A stretch of 64,000 bases of DNA from the NCBI GenBank assembly GCA_964349365.1, contig CAYGFY010000008.1, forward strand, positions 27,070 through 91,069, read 5' to 3'. Position 1 is the stretch's first letter. Each line of letters begins with the position of its first letter. Of the stretch, positions 9,856 to 20,481 are shown piece after piece. The notes beneath the pieces were generated by a model that made no database searches, was not told the origin of the DNA, and was given only the letters and a program-made list of their open reading frames with translations. The DNA is from an uncultured Bacteroidales bacterium (lineage in GTDB: Bacteria > Bacteroidota > Bacteroidia > Bacteroidales > UBA7960). A program made the position numbers and the translations under genes.

Positions 9856-10728
9856 TTAGTACTTAATCGGGTCGAACCCCTTGCCATATACTCCCATTAC
9901 GCTACCCACGGTTATGAAGGCATCGGGGTCAATCTCCTTTATCAAACGAAAGAGGTTTGACGATTCGTACCTTTTCACAACTGCCATTAATACAGGGATT
10001 TCTGCCTTGGTGTACCAACCTTGTCCGTGCAAAACGGTAACCCCTCTTTTGATTTCCTGGCTGATTGTATCGGCAATGATTTCGTGTTTCTTCGAAAAAA
10101 TGAATAGCTGAACGCTTCTTCGGTGCCCCATGAGCAACATGTCAATTGAATACGATGCAACTGCCATGGTAACGTAACCGTAAACCATTATTTCAATGGA
10201 TTGGAAAATAATGTACGAACTTGAAATCACTATCAAATCCATGTACAAAATCAACCTTCCTTGACTTATGTTTCGGTATTTGTTAATGATTGTGGCAATA
10301 ATATCGGTACCGCCGGTGCTCCCTCCTTGCGTAAAAACCACCCCAACGCTTGCTCCTCCTAATATTCCGCCAATAATTGCGGCCATAAACTTATCGTCAA
10401 CCACCGGTTGGGTAATGAGTGGTTGAAGAAGTCCCAAAAACGCCGACATCACTATAATGGCATAAATGGTTTTTATACCAAAACCGTAGCCCAGACTTTT
10501 TATTCCAAATATTATCAAAAAAACGTTTACGATAAAAAATGTAACTGCCACGGGTATGCCTGTTGCAAAAAAAACCATGGATGAGGCTCCTGTAATTCCT
10601 CCTCCCACTATGCCCGAAGGAATTAGAAAAGCAGTCCAAGCCAATGAATTGGCAAATAGGGCAATGGTAATAAAAGTGTAGCACTTCAAGGTTTTCCAGT
10701 TAAAATGTGGCCTCGTTGTTGTTTTCAT
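9856..10728 (-). CDS. YitT family membrane protein (DUF2179 C-terminal domain)
   Basis: 290 aa with multiple TM segments, GGSTGGTDI, and a C-terminal soluble domain ...VTVLHGQGWYT...DPDAFITV. Confidence 0.8.
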   Translation of the reverse strand: MKTTTRPHFNWKTLKCYTFITIALFANSLAWTAFLIPSGIVGGGITGASSMVFFATGIPVAVTFFIVNVFLIIFGIKSLGYGFGIKTIYAIIVMSAFLGLLQPLITQPVVDDKFMAAIIGGILGGASVGVVFTQGGSTGGTDIIATIINKYRNISQGRLILYMDLIVISSSYIIFQSIEIMVYGYVTMAVASYSIDMLLMGHRRSVQLFIFSKKHEIIADTISQEIKRGVTVLHGQGWYTKAEIPVLMAVVKRYESSNLFRLIKEIDPDAFITVGSVMGVYGKGFDPIKY

Positions 10729-10799
10729 GTTGAGTTTAATTTTGGCAAAATTACTGTTTTTGAAGATTGATTACAAGGGGTTGCCGTGCTTGTTGCCAG

Positions 10800-10836
10800 T
10801 AACGAAAAGAGGCCAATCCGAAAAGATTGGCCTCTT
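10800..10836 (-). terminator. Terminator hairpin downstream of the C25 protease gene
   Basis: Perfect 12-bp stem aagaggccaatc (10807-10818) / gattggcctctt (10825-10836) with loop cgaaaa. A U-rich tail follows on the minus-strand transcript. Confidence 0.75.
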
Positions 10837-10854
10837 GATCCATGAAAAATCGAC

Positions 10855-13800
10855 TTATTGTTTTACCACCTTGCGCATCAAAATTTCGTTGTTTATACCC
10901 ACGAGCTTGATAAAGTAAACGCCCGCAGGTATTTTGCCAGTTTGAATCTCGAGCGAAGTGGCACCCAAATTTTGCACCCTTGCAATTTCCTGACCGTTTA
11001 AGTTGGTAACAACTAGTTCTTTGAGATTAGCCGTGCCGGTGAGGTAAATCCTCTCGCGGAATGGATTCGGGAAAATCTTAACCTCCTGCAGCAATACCTC
11101 CGGAACACTAGTTTCGAGCAATACGCCCAAGAAAACATTGTCGTTAACAATAGTAATTGTGCCGGTAATTGGTGGAAAATCCATGTATTTTACCTGATAA
11201 GGATAGGATCCTGAAACCAGCGACACATCGGCAATTCCTGATTTGTTTGAGTGTATCGTGTGGCCTCCAATCTTGATTTCGGCCCGGTATAGTGGCCCAC
11301 CCGAAGTAGCCACTTGAAATGTTACTTTGAATAGCCGTGCAAGGTTGACCTCAATAACCTTATTTTGTCCTTCAACAACAACTTGGCCACTAAATGGTTG
11401 GAATCCAGTTCTTGTTACCTGGTAATCGTACACACCATTTGTAAGGTTTGTAGATGCGATACCTTGAGAGCTGGTGGTCAAGGATTTGTTGTTAACGGAA
11501 ATTGTCGCACCTTCGATGGGTGTTTGATTTGATTTAATTTGGAAATCAATTTTGAAAAGTTGCCTGAGGCTAACCGAAACCTGTACATTTGGCTGTACCA
11601 CCACGGTACCAGACGAGGGCTCGAAGCCATCCTTGGTTACGGTGTATGTCATTTCTCCTGCCTGAATGTCTTGAAGTGTTGCCACTCCATTCTCGTTGGT
11701 GAGTACTTCCTTGCCCCCAATCCTAACCAGGGCACCAGGTATTGCCACACCTGAGCCGGTTACGTTAAAGGTAACATTGTGGAATGGCCCATGGCAAGAA
11801 ACACTTGCCGACCAACCTGGGCGACTTATAAATTTATCGCTCTTGAAGTGGAAGGTAAGAGGACCACTTGTGGAAATAAACGGACCCGGGATGGTTGTGT
11901 TGCCGCAGAAAGTGCCCAGTAATGTTGAACTGGTACTGGGTCCATCATAAACCTTCAACCAATCGAAGTTGCAGGTGTTTTGATGTTCCACGTTAAAAGT
12001 CAAGAACTGTACCCTAATTTTTGAATTCTCCATTGCGGGATGAAACGTAAACACAAAGTTTTCGTTGTTTTGGTAGTTTCCGTCTGGTCCGCCAGAATCG
12101 AAAAACATTGCCGAACATATTGTTGCTGCTCCGTCACTCATCAAAATAGTTGGTACAACTTCGATGTAGTTCACTTTTATTTTTGGAGCAGAGTTACCAG
12201 CGGGGTTTGTAGAAACTAGCTGAACCGTGTAAAAGCCTCCCGTGTTAAATTTTACTCTCGGGTTTCTCGATTGGTTTGTAGTGCCATTCTCGAAACTATA
12301 ATCCGTGCCAGCCGCCCCTGGGGTAATGGTCCAATTCCAAGCATTGGGCAAATTGTTTGACATGTCGGTAAACTGCACCGCTTGACCTGCAAAAACCGTG
12401 GTGGGCGAACCAATGAAGTCGGCATTGGGCACCACCGTGAGTTGGGTAATGGTAATAAAGTTTTGTTTTACCATTGTGCTGCTCCCGGCTATGTTGGTTA
12501 CGGTGAGTGAAATGGTGTAAACGTTGGGGGTGATGAACCTAACCTTGGGGTTCTTGCTTGTACTTGTTGTTCCGTCAACAAACTGGAAGTTGGTTCCTGC
12601 CACGCCAGGTGTAATGTGCCAGCTCCAACTTGCCGGGTGGTTGGTGCTTTGGTCGGTAAACGATACTATGTCGGTTTCCACGGTTTGTGTTGGGAGTGCA
12701 TCGAAGTTGGCAACAGGCTGCTGGGGTGAAACAAGAATTATTTTGTAGTCCTGGGTTTCTCCGTAACTGTACGTACCGCAAGGTAAAATTGCTGCCGGGT
12801 CGCTGGTTTCTCTAACCACAATCCTCAAAAATTTTTGACCGGTAGGTGCTGTTGTTGGTATTGTAACATTTCCTGATGCAACCCAGTTGCCTGTTTGCGA
12901 GGCTGAAACCAGAATCGTTTCGCCATCATCGGTAAAGTCACCATCGTAGTTCCAGTCAACAAAAACCTTGGCTGCCTTGACAAAACTCCCACCACAGGAA
13001 CCCAGCGAAACTGCAAGATTGTAGGAGGCGCCAATAACAAACTCTTTTATTAAAGCGGGGTTTGCAGTAAAGTTGCGGTACGTATGGCAACCTACATTGG
13101 TTGTGTTTTGCAGGGGCCCAAATGATATGCCATCACATCTGGTGTCGGCCGAGTTGGTTGCATTCGAAGTACAGTAAACGGGAATAAACCCAATAATTAC
13201 TTTTCTCTCTCCAGAAGCAGTGAATTGATTGCTTTGTCCTCCGGTTACCTTTACCAGCAGGTCTACCGGGGTGCCGAGTGGGGTGGTTTGATTTGCCGAT
13301 GCATTGATAGTTGCAACAATGGTGCCACCTGCAGGAATATTGGGTTGCGACAGTGATATGCTATTAATGGTAAGGTGCTGTCCGCCAAGCCCCAGCAGGG
13401 TAACTTCAGGCGTAAGGTTGGTAATAGGTGCTGCCCCTTTGTTAAGAATTGTAACCAAAAGATTTGCAGTTTCGCCGGGATCAAGAACTCCATTTCCGTT
13501 TCCTCCTACTGCATCGTTTATGGTTAAAGGGCCAATCTCAAGAACTGGCGAATTTGCCCTTATACTAAAGTTTTGTTGCCACTGGTAGTTCTGCCCATTG
13601 TACTGTCCGGCAAATGAAATGGTAAAAACCATTGGGGTTTGGTTGGGAACGTTATTGGCAATCGATAATTGAAAAGCATTGGTGAGCTCAACTATTTGAT
13701 TTGGAGCAATTGTTCCGGCACTAACTGCCTCTGAGGTTAAAATAGTTACGTGAGGGCTTGCAGTTGATATTTGTGCGGTAACGTTTGTTGCCGTATAGGG

Positions 13801-15921
13801 ATCTTGACTAATGTTTTTCAAAACCACGTTCAACCCTATTGTTTGACCGAAATCTGGGGCTGCAGTGGTAGAGACCGAATTCAAAACAATGTATGGTTCG
13901 TTGGCAGGAACGGCCGAAACGTTTCCAAGGTAGGTAACTTTGTTAAAAGCCGTTATGGCTACTTTTAGGTCAAGAGGATTTGCAATTGGTTCGGAAAAAA
14001 CTATGTTTGCCACGCCACCCGAAACAACGCCTGTTCCTAAAATTTGAACAGCATTATTGGAATCGGTGTATGTAATGGCCACAAGTGCTCCATCAGTATC
14101 GCAGTTAACGGCAAAAGTTGTGGAGCCAAAAAATAATGTTGGGTTGTGTGACACGGTCATCTCGGCAGGAACATTGGTGCGCACCATCAAAGTTGGGTCT
14201 CCGAAAAGAGTCCAGGTGTCGTGTGTAAGAATACCCGAACTGCCGTGCGATCCAATCATCTTCATACTACCGTTGATCGAAAGCCCACCAAAGGTTCTTT
14301 TAAGGTGGCCACGCTTCTCAACCAGTATTGTCACCATTTCGTCTTGGCCTGTCATTGGTGGTTGCCATGGTTGATTCACCGTTGACATCATGGTACTAAT
14401 TGCCCCGGTAGGTTGGCCGTTGTGGGTGGCTCGCATCCATGTTTCGGCAAAACATGTTATTGACACGAAGTTACCGTTAACGCAGGCTACCGACCAAATA
14501 AACGGCAACTTGCCAACATTGGTAAGCTGGTTTACGTGTGAGGCATTGTAATTGGCAACACTCCACCCGGTGTCAGACCCATGGTTGCAGAAGTTTATTA
14601 TGGAAACACCATTGTTGATTCGGGTCGAAATCAGTGCAGCAGTGGTGTTGGTCATACCTGGCACGTTTCCATCGTATTCTTGAAAAACAACATCGTATGT
14701 GAAGTTCAGCAAACTATCGCGAATGAAGTTCATGTGAACGTAATCGTTTTCTCCACCATTATGTCCACCTCCGGTTCCCTCGTTGCGTGCAATACCTACC
14801 CCTTTGTTCATCCACGTGTCAGAAGTGTTGAGGTCTCTCTCGTACTCTATAATTCTTTGTACCTGGGTTTGGACGTGGGCAACAGTTTCGGCAGAAAAGC
14901 GCCCAACTATAATTTCGTTGTAAGAATCATTTCCAACCAAATATCCATAGGCATTATCGGAATGCCCGTTTGAAAGGCTGTTGGTTGGGATCTGTGGCGC
15001 ATCACCTACCAACAAGAGGTGTGAAAAATTGGGGTTCGTGTTATAATAATTGAACACGTAGTTCTTTATGGCCGTTGGCGTGGCACCCACTGTTGATGCC
15101 GGCACCAATTCAACTTTTCGACCTATGGTTCTTTTCCAGTTTACGAAAGGTTTCATTGCATCAACAAAGCCATCGAATGCAATAATTAACAGGCTGCCTT
15201 CTTCACCGATTACATACTTGTTCTTGGTGTGTGACTCGGCATTTAAGAACATTCTATTGTAAATTTGCTCGAACTCCGTGTCTATGGACTTTACCTGGTG
15301 CGTGCGATTGAAGATGTTGTCTCCGGCTTGCCCCGTGCTTCTCACTTCAACCTCAATTTCGTAATAAACTCTTAGGGTTTTGGTAACCGCGTTGTATTGA
15401 TATGGAAAGATTGTTACCGTTTGCCCCCTGAAATCTCTCAGTATGAAAGGGTCTTCAAGTTGGGCAAGGGAACTTGGCCAAAATTCGTCTTTGTTGTACA
15501 TTTCGCCATAAACGAATGGCACATCCTCAGGCCTGATATTACGGGTAAAGTGGCCCTTGGAGGGAGCAACATCAATTCCTTCAAAATCGACATAACTGGC
15601 GCGATTAACAACAACCTTCATTTTTTCCGTGTCGGGAATAATGATTGTGGTGGTTAGTTTTGCCAAATCTGGTGCTCCCCTTTCAATTATCTGCACGCCG
15701 TTTCCAACGCTTATTATTTGTTCAATCCCGTTTGGGGTAATTACTTGATCTGAAATATACCCGTCAAGAGAAAACAAGATTCTAGTTGATTGCCCGGTGG
15801 TATTTAATAGGGTAATCTCGGCCGGTTGGCGGCCAGAATTGTTAATTCCCTTCCACGCTTGCTGGGCAAACAGGCCAGAAGCAACAAAAATCATTAAAAC
15901 TGGTAAAATTGTCCTTTTCAT
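10855..15921 (-). CDS. Gingipain-like C25 cysteine peptidase, multidomain T9SS cargo
   Basis: 1688 aa. The catalytic region NHGSDTGW...LPFIWSVACVNGNF...GQDEM...TFGGLSINGS...DTWTLFGDPTLMVRT closely parallels my recollection of RgpB. It is followed by a GEVED-like domain (GETQDY), two PKD-like repeats, a CUB-like domain (CNFDWLKVYDG), three carboxypeptidase-regulatory-like repeats and a T9SS sorting domain (KIFPNPF...GVYFIKL). Confidence 0.92.
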   Translation of the reverse strand: MKRTILPVLMIFVASGLFAQQAWKGINNSGRQPAEITLLNTTGQSTRILFSLDGYISDQVITPNGIEQIISVGNGVQIIERGAPDLAKLTTTIIIPDTEKMKVVVNRASYVDFEGIDVAPSKGHFTRNIRPEDVPFVYGEMYNKDEFWPSSLAQLEDPFILRDFRGQTVTIFPYQYNAVTKTLRVYYEIEVEVRSTGQAGDNIFNRTHQVKSIDTEFEQIYNRMFLNAESHTKNKYVIGEEGSLLIIAFDGFVDAMKPFVNWKRTIGRKVELVPASTVGATPTAIKNYVFNYYNTNPNFSHLLLVGDAPQIPTNSLSNGHSDNAYGYLVGNDSYNEIIVGRFSAETVAHVQTQVQRIIEYERDLNTSDTWMNKGVGIARNEGTGGGHNGGENDYVHMNFIRDSLLNFTYDVVFQEYDGNVPGMTNTTAALISTRINNGVSIINFCNHGSDTGWSVANYNASHVNQLTNVGKLPFIWSVACVNGNFVSITCFAETWMRATHNGQPTGAISTMMSTVNQPWQPPMTGQDEMVTILVEKRGHLKRTFGGLSINGSMKMIGSHGSSGILTHDTWTLFGDPTLMVRTNVPAEMTVSHNPTLFFGSTTFAVNCDTDGALVAITYTDSNNAVQILGTGVVSGGVANIVFSEPIANPLDLKVAITAFNKVTYLGNVSAVPANEPYIVLNSVSTTAAPDFGQTIGLNVVLKNISQDPYTATNVTAQISTASPHVTILTSEAVSAGTIAPNQIVELTNAFQLSIANNVPNQTPMVFTISFAGQYNGQNYQWQQNFSIRANSPVLEIGPLTINDAVGGNGNGVLDPGETANLLVTILNKGAAPITNLTPEVTLLGLGGQHLTINSISLSQPNIPAGGTIVATINASANQTTPLGTPVDLLVKVTGGQSNQFTASGERKVIIGFIPVYCTSNATNSADTRCDGISFGPLQNTTNVGCHTYRNFTANPALIKEFVIGASYNLAVSLGSCGGSFVKAAKVFVDWNYDGDFTDDGETILVSASQTGNWVASGNVTIPTTAPTGQKFLRIVVRETSDPAAILPCGTYSYGETQDYKIILVSPQQPVANFDALPTQTVETDIVSFTDQSTNHPASWSWHITPGVAGTNFQFVDGTTSTSKNPKVRFITPNVYTISLTVTNIAGSSTMVKQNFITITQLTVVPNADFIGSPTTVFAGQAVQFTDMSNNLPNAWNWTITPGAAGTDYSFENGTTNQSRNPRVKFNTGGFYTVQLVSTNPAGNSAPKIKVNYIEVVPTILMSDGAATICSAMFFDSGGPDGNYQNNENFVFTFHPAMENSKIRVQFLTFNVEHQNTCNFDWLKVYDGPSTSSTLLGTFCGNTTIPGPFISTSGPLTFHFKSDKFISRPGWSASVSCHGPFHNVTFNVTGSGVAIPGALVRIGGKEVLTNENGVATLQDIQAGEMTYTVTKDGFEPSSGTVVVQPNVQVSVSLRQLFKIDFQIKSNQTPIEGATISVNNKSLTTSSQGIASTNLTNGVYDYQVTRTGFQPFSGQVVVEGQNKVIEVNLARLFKVTFQVATSGGPLYRAEIKIGGHTIHSNKSGIADVSLVSGSYPYQVKYMDFPPITGTITIVNDNVFLGVLLETSVPEVLLQEVKIFPNPFRERIYLTGTANLKELVVTNLNGQEIARVQNLGATSLEIQTGKIPAGVYFIKLVGINNEILMRKVVKQ

Positions 15922-16086
15922 AAAAACGGTATTAGGTGAAACAGTAGGTTAGAAAAAGTTCCGAAAAGTACGAATTATTTTCAAACGAAGAGTTTTTTTT
16001 CACTTCAAAAAACGAAAAAAAGATTGATTGCCTTGATGGTCACTTCAGTCACAAATTGAGAGCACAAAACTTATTGGGAGGTTATT

Positions 16087-16575
16087 ATTTAACGTGAGTT
16101 CGATTTAAGAGAGAAAAAAACTTGATAAAATCTTGTTCATTTCAGAATTACTGATAATTTTTATGGTTTACCATTCAAGGATATAGCAATTAATCGCGTG
16201 CAAATTAACAACCACAAGGTTGTGAAAATTTTTCGTTTAACACGCAACTTCTGCCAAGAATTTGAATTAGCCAGGAGGATACACATTCTTACAGAAAGCA
16301 AGGGTGCAATGCGAAGAAACCGTAAATTTTCGCAATCAGGCAGCGAGGTAGTTACCATTTTGGTGCTATTTCACCCGGTTGCAAAGATCCGCCTGTTGAA
16401 AAACATTTGCCAGATAGAACACACTAGGCACCGTTCCTTCGAGAACTTCTTGGCAAACTTGATCTCCGGATTGACAGCCTATTCTTTTCTGGAAAAGAAA
16501 CCTTCTCTAAAAATAGAAATCAGTGATGATGAAAAACAAAAAAAACTGACCGCTTGAGTCGAACTCACGTTAAAT
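16087..16575 (+). mobile_element. Internally deleted IS982-family element (miniature derivative) with intact terminal inverted repeats
   Basis: Perfect 17-bp inverted repeats atttaacgtgagttcga (16087-16103) / tcgaactcacgttaaat (16559-16575). The internal 119-aa ORF (16198-16557) joins an IS982-like N-terminus ([21 protein letters not shown]) directly to the C-terminal signature [25 protein letters not shown]. The catalytic core is missing. Confidence 0.75.
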
Positions 16576-16788
16576 TAATGTTGAAACTCGCTAAAGCGTT
16601 TTACTTTTTTTTCAATAATCCGTTATCGCCCAAAAGGTGATTGGGGGTCGCAACGGTTTCAATGTTTTCCTTATGTGATTTATGGGATTTTATACCACCA
16701 ACCTCTAAAAGGAGAGGAAGACCGGTAGGATTTAGAGCCTCATAAAAGGGCCTTGGGGTGGGGCTTAAAGCACCCGTATTAATGGCAT

Positions 16789-18048
16789 TTATGGGCAATA
16801 ATCCTTATGCCTTCTTAAAGGCTGTATCTTCCAATATGTAAGGCAACGCCACAGCCACTCGAAGGGGCCGTAGTAAAACTTGTTTAGCCACCAGCGGCTT
16901 GATGGAATCTGCAATCCGAATATAATGAAAGACAATACAAGTCCCTGCCATACAGTTATTTTTTCGAAAAGGCCAAAACCATAACCGTAAAACATGGTTG
17001 TGCAAACTAATGTCTGCAGCAAATAGTTGGTAAGGGCCATTCGGCCCACTGGGGCCAACTGTTTCTTGCAATAAGATAGCTTGCCTTTATGTAAAAGCAA
17101 TGCCATGCCAGAAACGTAGAACATGCCAAGGAATATCCCTCCGAAGGTGCTTGATAACGTGGCCGATATGGTTGTTAAATTCATTTCCACTGGGCTTACT
17201 TTGTAATAAGAAAAGGCATAAACCGCCGCAAGGGGTGCACCCACGGCAATGCCCCATACTGCAGCTTTTTTCAACAACCCGATATTCTCGGCAATGTTTT
17301 TAAGAATGCCACGCCGTGCTGCCAAATAACCCAGCAAAAACATTGTCATTACAACCGGGTAGAAAAATAGTATGGCACCAAACGAAACGTTTGCGTATTC
17401 GGTAAGCCTTATGTTCATTATTTCTTGAAACGACCCTGAAGAATAGACCTCGCTTGCCCTTTGGTGAAGGGCGATGGTTTGCGCCATACTTTGCTCAAAA
17501 CTTGCCTGGGCCTGCCCCGCTGCTTCAGGTATGTTCATAGCCATATACATGAGGCCAGCAAAAAGGGTGGTTAGCACTAATGGTATCAATGCAAAGGCAA
17601 TTGCCCAGCGCAACAACCCTTTATCAGATACTTTGCGGAAAAGAATTAGCAAGAAGCCGAACAGTGCATAGTAAATCAATATATCGCCTCCCCACAAAAA
17701 TACTAAATGGGCAATTCCAAACACCAACAAGAAAAAAGCCCTTCTTCTGAAAAATGGAAGGGGATTGACAGCCCCGTTAGATTCTTTATTTATGAAAATG
17801 AAAAACCCGTAACCGAACAAAAAAGAGAAAATTACGTAAAACTTACCCTCGAAGAAAAACTTGATAAACACCTCCGCTACCTTGTCGAGCATTGACTCGT
17901 GGCCTTGGTATCCAATCAGCACTGTAGTTAATGGCTGGTAAAAGAGTTGCATGTTTACCACCAAAATTCCAAGAATGGCCAAGCCCCTTAAAACATCAAG
18001 GATTTCGATGCGGTTTGCTGCAGAAACTGGAGATATGTTTGTTTTCAT
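16789..18048 (-). CDS. DUF418 (YeiB-like) membrane protein
   Basis: 419 aa. RIEILDVLRGLAILGILVVNM at the N-terminus, many TM segments, and a C-terminal GPFEWLWR motif. Confidence 0.8.
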   Translation of the reverse strand: MKTNISPVSAANRIEILDVLRGLAILGILVVNMQLFYQPLTTVLIGYQGHESMLDKVAEVFIKFFFEGKFYVIFSFLFGYGFFIFINKESNGAVNPLPFFRRRAFFLLVFGIAHLVFLWGGDILIYYALFGFLLILFRKVSDKGLLRWAIAFALIPLVLTTLFAGLMYMAMNIPEAAGQAQASFEQSMAQTIALHQRASEVYSSGSFQEIMNIRLTEYANVSFGAILFFYPVVMTMFLLGYLAARRGILKNIAENIGLLKKAAVWGIAVGAPLAAVYAFSYYKVSPVEMNLTTISATLSSTFGGIFLGMFYVSGMALLLHKGKLSYCKKQLAPVGRMALTNYLLQTLVCTTMFYGYGFGLFEKITVWQGLVLSFIIFGLQIPSSRWWLNKFYYGPFEWLWRCLTYWKIQPLRRHKDYCP

Positions 18049-18456
18049 TGGTTTGGAAAAATTAACAACGATAAAAGATTATAACCAAAAGTAAAAAAAA
18101 ATCGAAAGCCCCGGGTTTTTTATTTCATTTGGTGCTTTTACGAACAAAAAAATGATTTCCCACGGTTAAAAACATTAAAATTTTGGGCCCTGGGTGACAA
18201 AAACACAATACTTGCGTGATAGTTAGCGCACGGATGTTAATTTAAACGAATCGAAGAAAGTGTTGGCAAGGGGTTGACGACCTTGTGGAATTATGGCATA
18301 CAACGTTATCAAAACTCCAATTGGCGATAAACGAAAAAGTGGTGTTGAAGGACTACCTGCCATCAAAGGGCAAGGTGCCGAAAACAATTAGAGACCCATG
18401 CACGGAAATAACCAATTAAAAGTTTGATTAACAGTATTTTGTATTGATTTTTTGTT

Positions 18457-18464
18457 TATATTTG
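18457..18464 (+). promoter_or_regulatory. Bacteroidota -7 promoter box (TAnnTTTG)
   Basis: TATATTTG ends 4 nt before the ATG at 18469. Confidence 0.35.
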
Positions 18465-18468
18465 CGAT

Positions 18469-19239
18469 ATGAAACGAACAAAAAACGACAAAATCCAGAT
18501 GAACTTTTCTACTCCCTTCATGGAGCGCATGACGCGCGCATCTCAGCTTTACAAGAATGTTGATCAACTTATTGACTGGAGGGAAATAGAGACCTTGATC
18601 AATCGCCATTACACCAAGGGTTACACGCTCAAGGGAGAGAAACCCCACGGCGGTCTGGTTCTTTTCGAGATGTTGCTAATCGGTGTTTGGAACGATACGT
18701 CCGACGAGCGCACGGAGGATTACGTTAACGAGTCGGTTTCGGCAACGCGTTTTTGCGGTTTGGGTCTTGAGGATCCGGTTCCCGATCACGCCCCCCCAAG
18801 CCGTTTTCGCAGCACCCTCACGGCAAGCGGTGCCATGGACAAGTTGCTTAAGGCGGTGAACAAGTGCCTGGACAAGCACTCCGTAATACTCAAAAAGGGT
18901 GTTAATGTAGATGCCAGTCTCGCGGCCTCTCCCTTCTGTCTCAAGGGCAAGACCACATACGAGATAGCCCGGGATGGCAGGGAGGATGAGGTTAGCCAGG
19001 AAGAAGTCACCAGGCAGGAGGTTGAGTTGAAGAAACTGCAGGGCAAGGGTGTTGACGATCAAGCCAAAGGCCAGATTGCGCACCTGCTCCAAAAACATAT
19101 TGTCATGCCGTACTGCTTCACCGTGCATTATAGGGCAGGGTGCATTCTCACTGACCTTAAAATATGGTATGCGCTTTTATACCGCCTTTTTTCTTGCCCT
19201 ACTTGGGATTGCGACCCACACACCAATGAATGTCCTTAA
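18469..19239 (+). pseudogene. IS5/IS1182-type transposase, truncated (N-terminal region only)
   Basis: LFEMLLIGVWNDTSDERTEDYVNESVSATRFCGLGLEDPVPDHAPPSRFRS...GVNVDASL matches the InsH/DUF772-type N-terminus. Homology stops near 19070 and no DDE core follows. A possible C-terminal scrap is in the frame of ORF 19049-19312. Confidence 0.6.
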
Positions 19240-19433
19240 ACATGGTTTTTGTTGTGTGATCAATAACTTAGAGCCGCCTCATATTTGCATCGCTCAATCG
19301 GCTGTCAGCTAAAATTTGTACTTTTACAAATGGCTTTCTTTTTTGTGTTTTAACTCAAAATAGCCATACCGGGTCAATCTGCAAAATGGTTGGCCCGGTT
19401 TAAAAAAAGTTTACCGGACAACAATGATAATAA

Positions 19434-20420
19434 ATGAGTGAAAAAATACCCAACAAGGTAGCTCCAGAAAAATTTTTCATCAAGAGTTTCGCCATTAAAA
19501 AATTGTTTTTTTTGGTTTCGCTGTTGTTGTGTCTTTCCTCCTTTGTAACGCCTCCAGTTGCTCTCCTTATGGGAATTATTTTTGCTCAGGTGGTTGGTCA
19601 CCCTTACCTGCACCTTAACTCCAAGGCCACTCAGGTATTATTACAGGTTTCGGTGGTAGGCTTAGGTTTCGGCATGAATTTAGGCACGGTAATGAAAGCG
19701 GGTCAGGATGGAATCCTTCTTACAATTATTTCAATTTTTGGCATTCTTGCCATCGGCTACTTTCTTGGTAAGATTTTGAAGGTTGAGCGGAAAACCTCGT
19801 TTCTTATCTCGGCGGGTACTGCAATTTGCGGCGGCAGTGCCATTGCAGCAGTTTCGCAGGCAATAAAGGCCGAGGATAAGCAAATTAGCGTGGCCCTCGG
19901 AACAGTCTTCATTCTAAACGCCGCAGCATTATTCCTGTTCCCGTACGTTGGGAAGTTTCTTCAACTTGGCCAAACAGAATTCGGATTATGGTGTGCATTA
20001 TCGATACATGACACCAGCTCGGTGGTAGGAGCAGCCAGCAACTACGGCAACGAGTCATTGCAGGTGGCCACAACTGTAAAGTTGGCAAGAGCCTTGTGGA
20101 TTATTCCGTTGGTTTTTTTGAGCAGTATAATATTCAAAACAAAAGGCAAAAGGATTAATATCCCTTTTTTCATCGGGCTGTTTTTTGTTGCAATTCTGCT
20201 CAACACACACGTAGGTTTTGTTAACAGTATAAGCCACGATATCGTGGTTATTTCCAAAGTTGGCCTAACCATTACCCTGTTTTTGATAGGATCGGGGTTG
20301 TCGAAAAAGGCCTTATCATCGGTTGGATTCAAGCCAATTTTGCAAGGGGTAATATTGTGGGCTATTATTTCGACCACAACACTTTTGGCAATCATGAATT
20401 TTGTCGATGGCAATATTTGA
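19434..20420 (+). CDS. YeiH/UPF0324 family putative sulfate exporter
   Basis: 328 aa polytopic protein. GTAICGGSAIAA and SIHDTSSVVGAA motifs are typical of the family. Confidence 0.8.
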   Translation: MSEKIPNKVAPEKFFIKSFAIKKLFFLVSLLLCLSSFVTPPVALLMGIIFAQVVGHPYLHLNSKATQVLLQVSVVGLGFGMNLGTVMKAGQDGILLTIISIFGILAIGYFLGKILKVERKTSFLISAGTAICGGSAIAAVSQAIKAEDKQISVALGTVFILNAAALFLFPYVGKFLQLGQTEFGLWCALSIHDTSSVVGAASNYGNESLQVATTVKLARALWIIPLVFLSSIIFKTKGKRINIPFFIGLFFVAILLNTHVGFVNSISHDIVVISKVGLTITLFLIGSGLSKKALSSVGFKPILQGVILWAIISTTTLLAIMNFVDGNI

Positions 20421-20452
20421 TTGATCGGGCGGTTTGTTTTTTCGTATTTTCC

Positions 20453-20460
20453 TATCTTTG
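20453..20460 (+). promoter_or_regulatory. Bacteroidota -7 promoter box (TAnnTTTG)
   Basis: TATCTTTG lies 22 nt upstream of the ATG at 20482. Confidence 0.45.
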
Positions 20461-20481
20461 TCATAAATCTCAAATTTTGAC

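Noticed and set aside
16601-16798. 65-aa ORF overlapping the 3' end of the DUF418 gene
   Set aside because: It has a TTG start with no internal ATG, overlaps the upstream stop codon region, and has no recognisable features.
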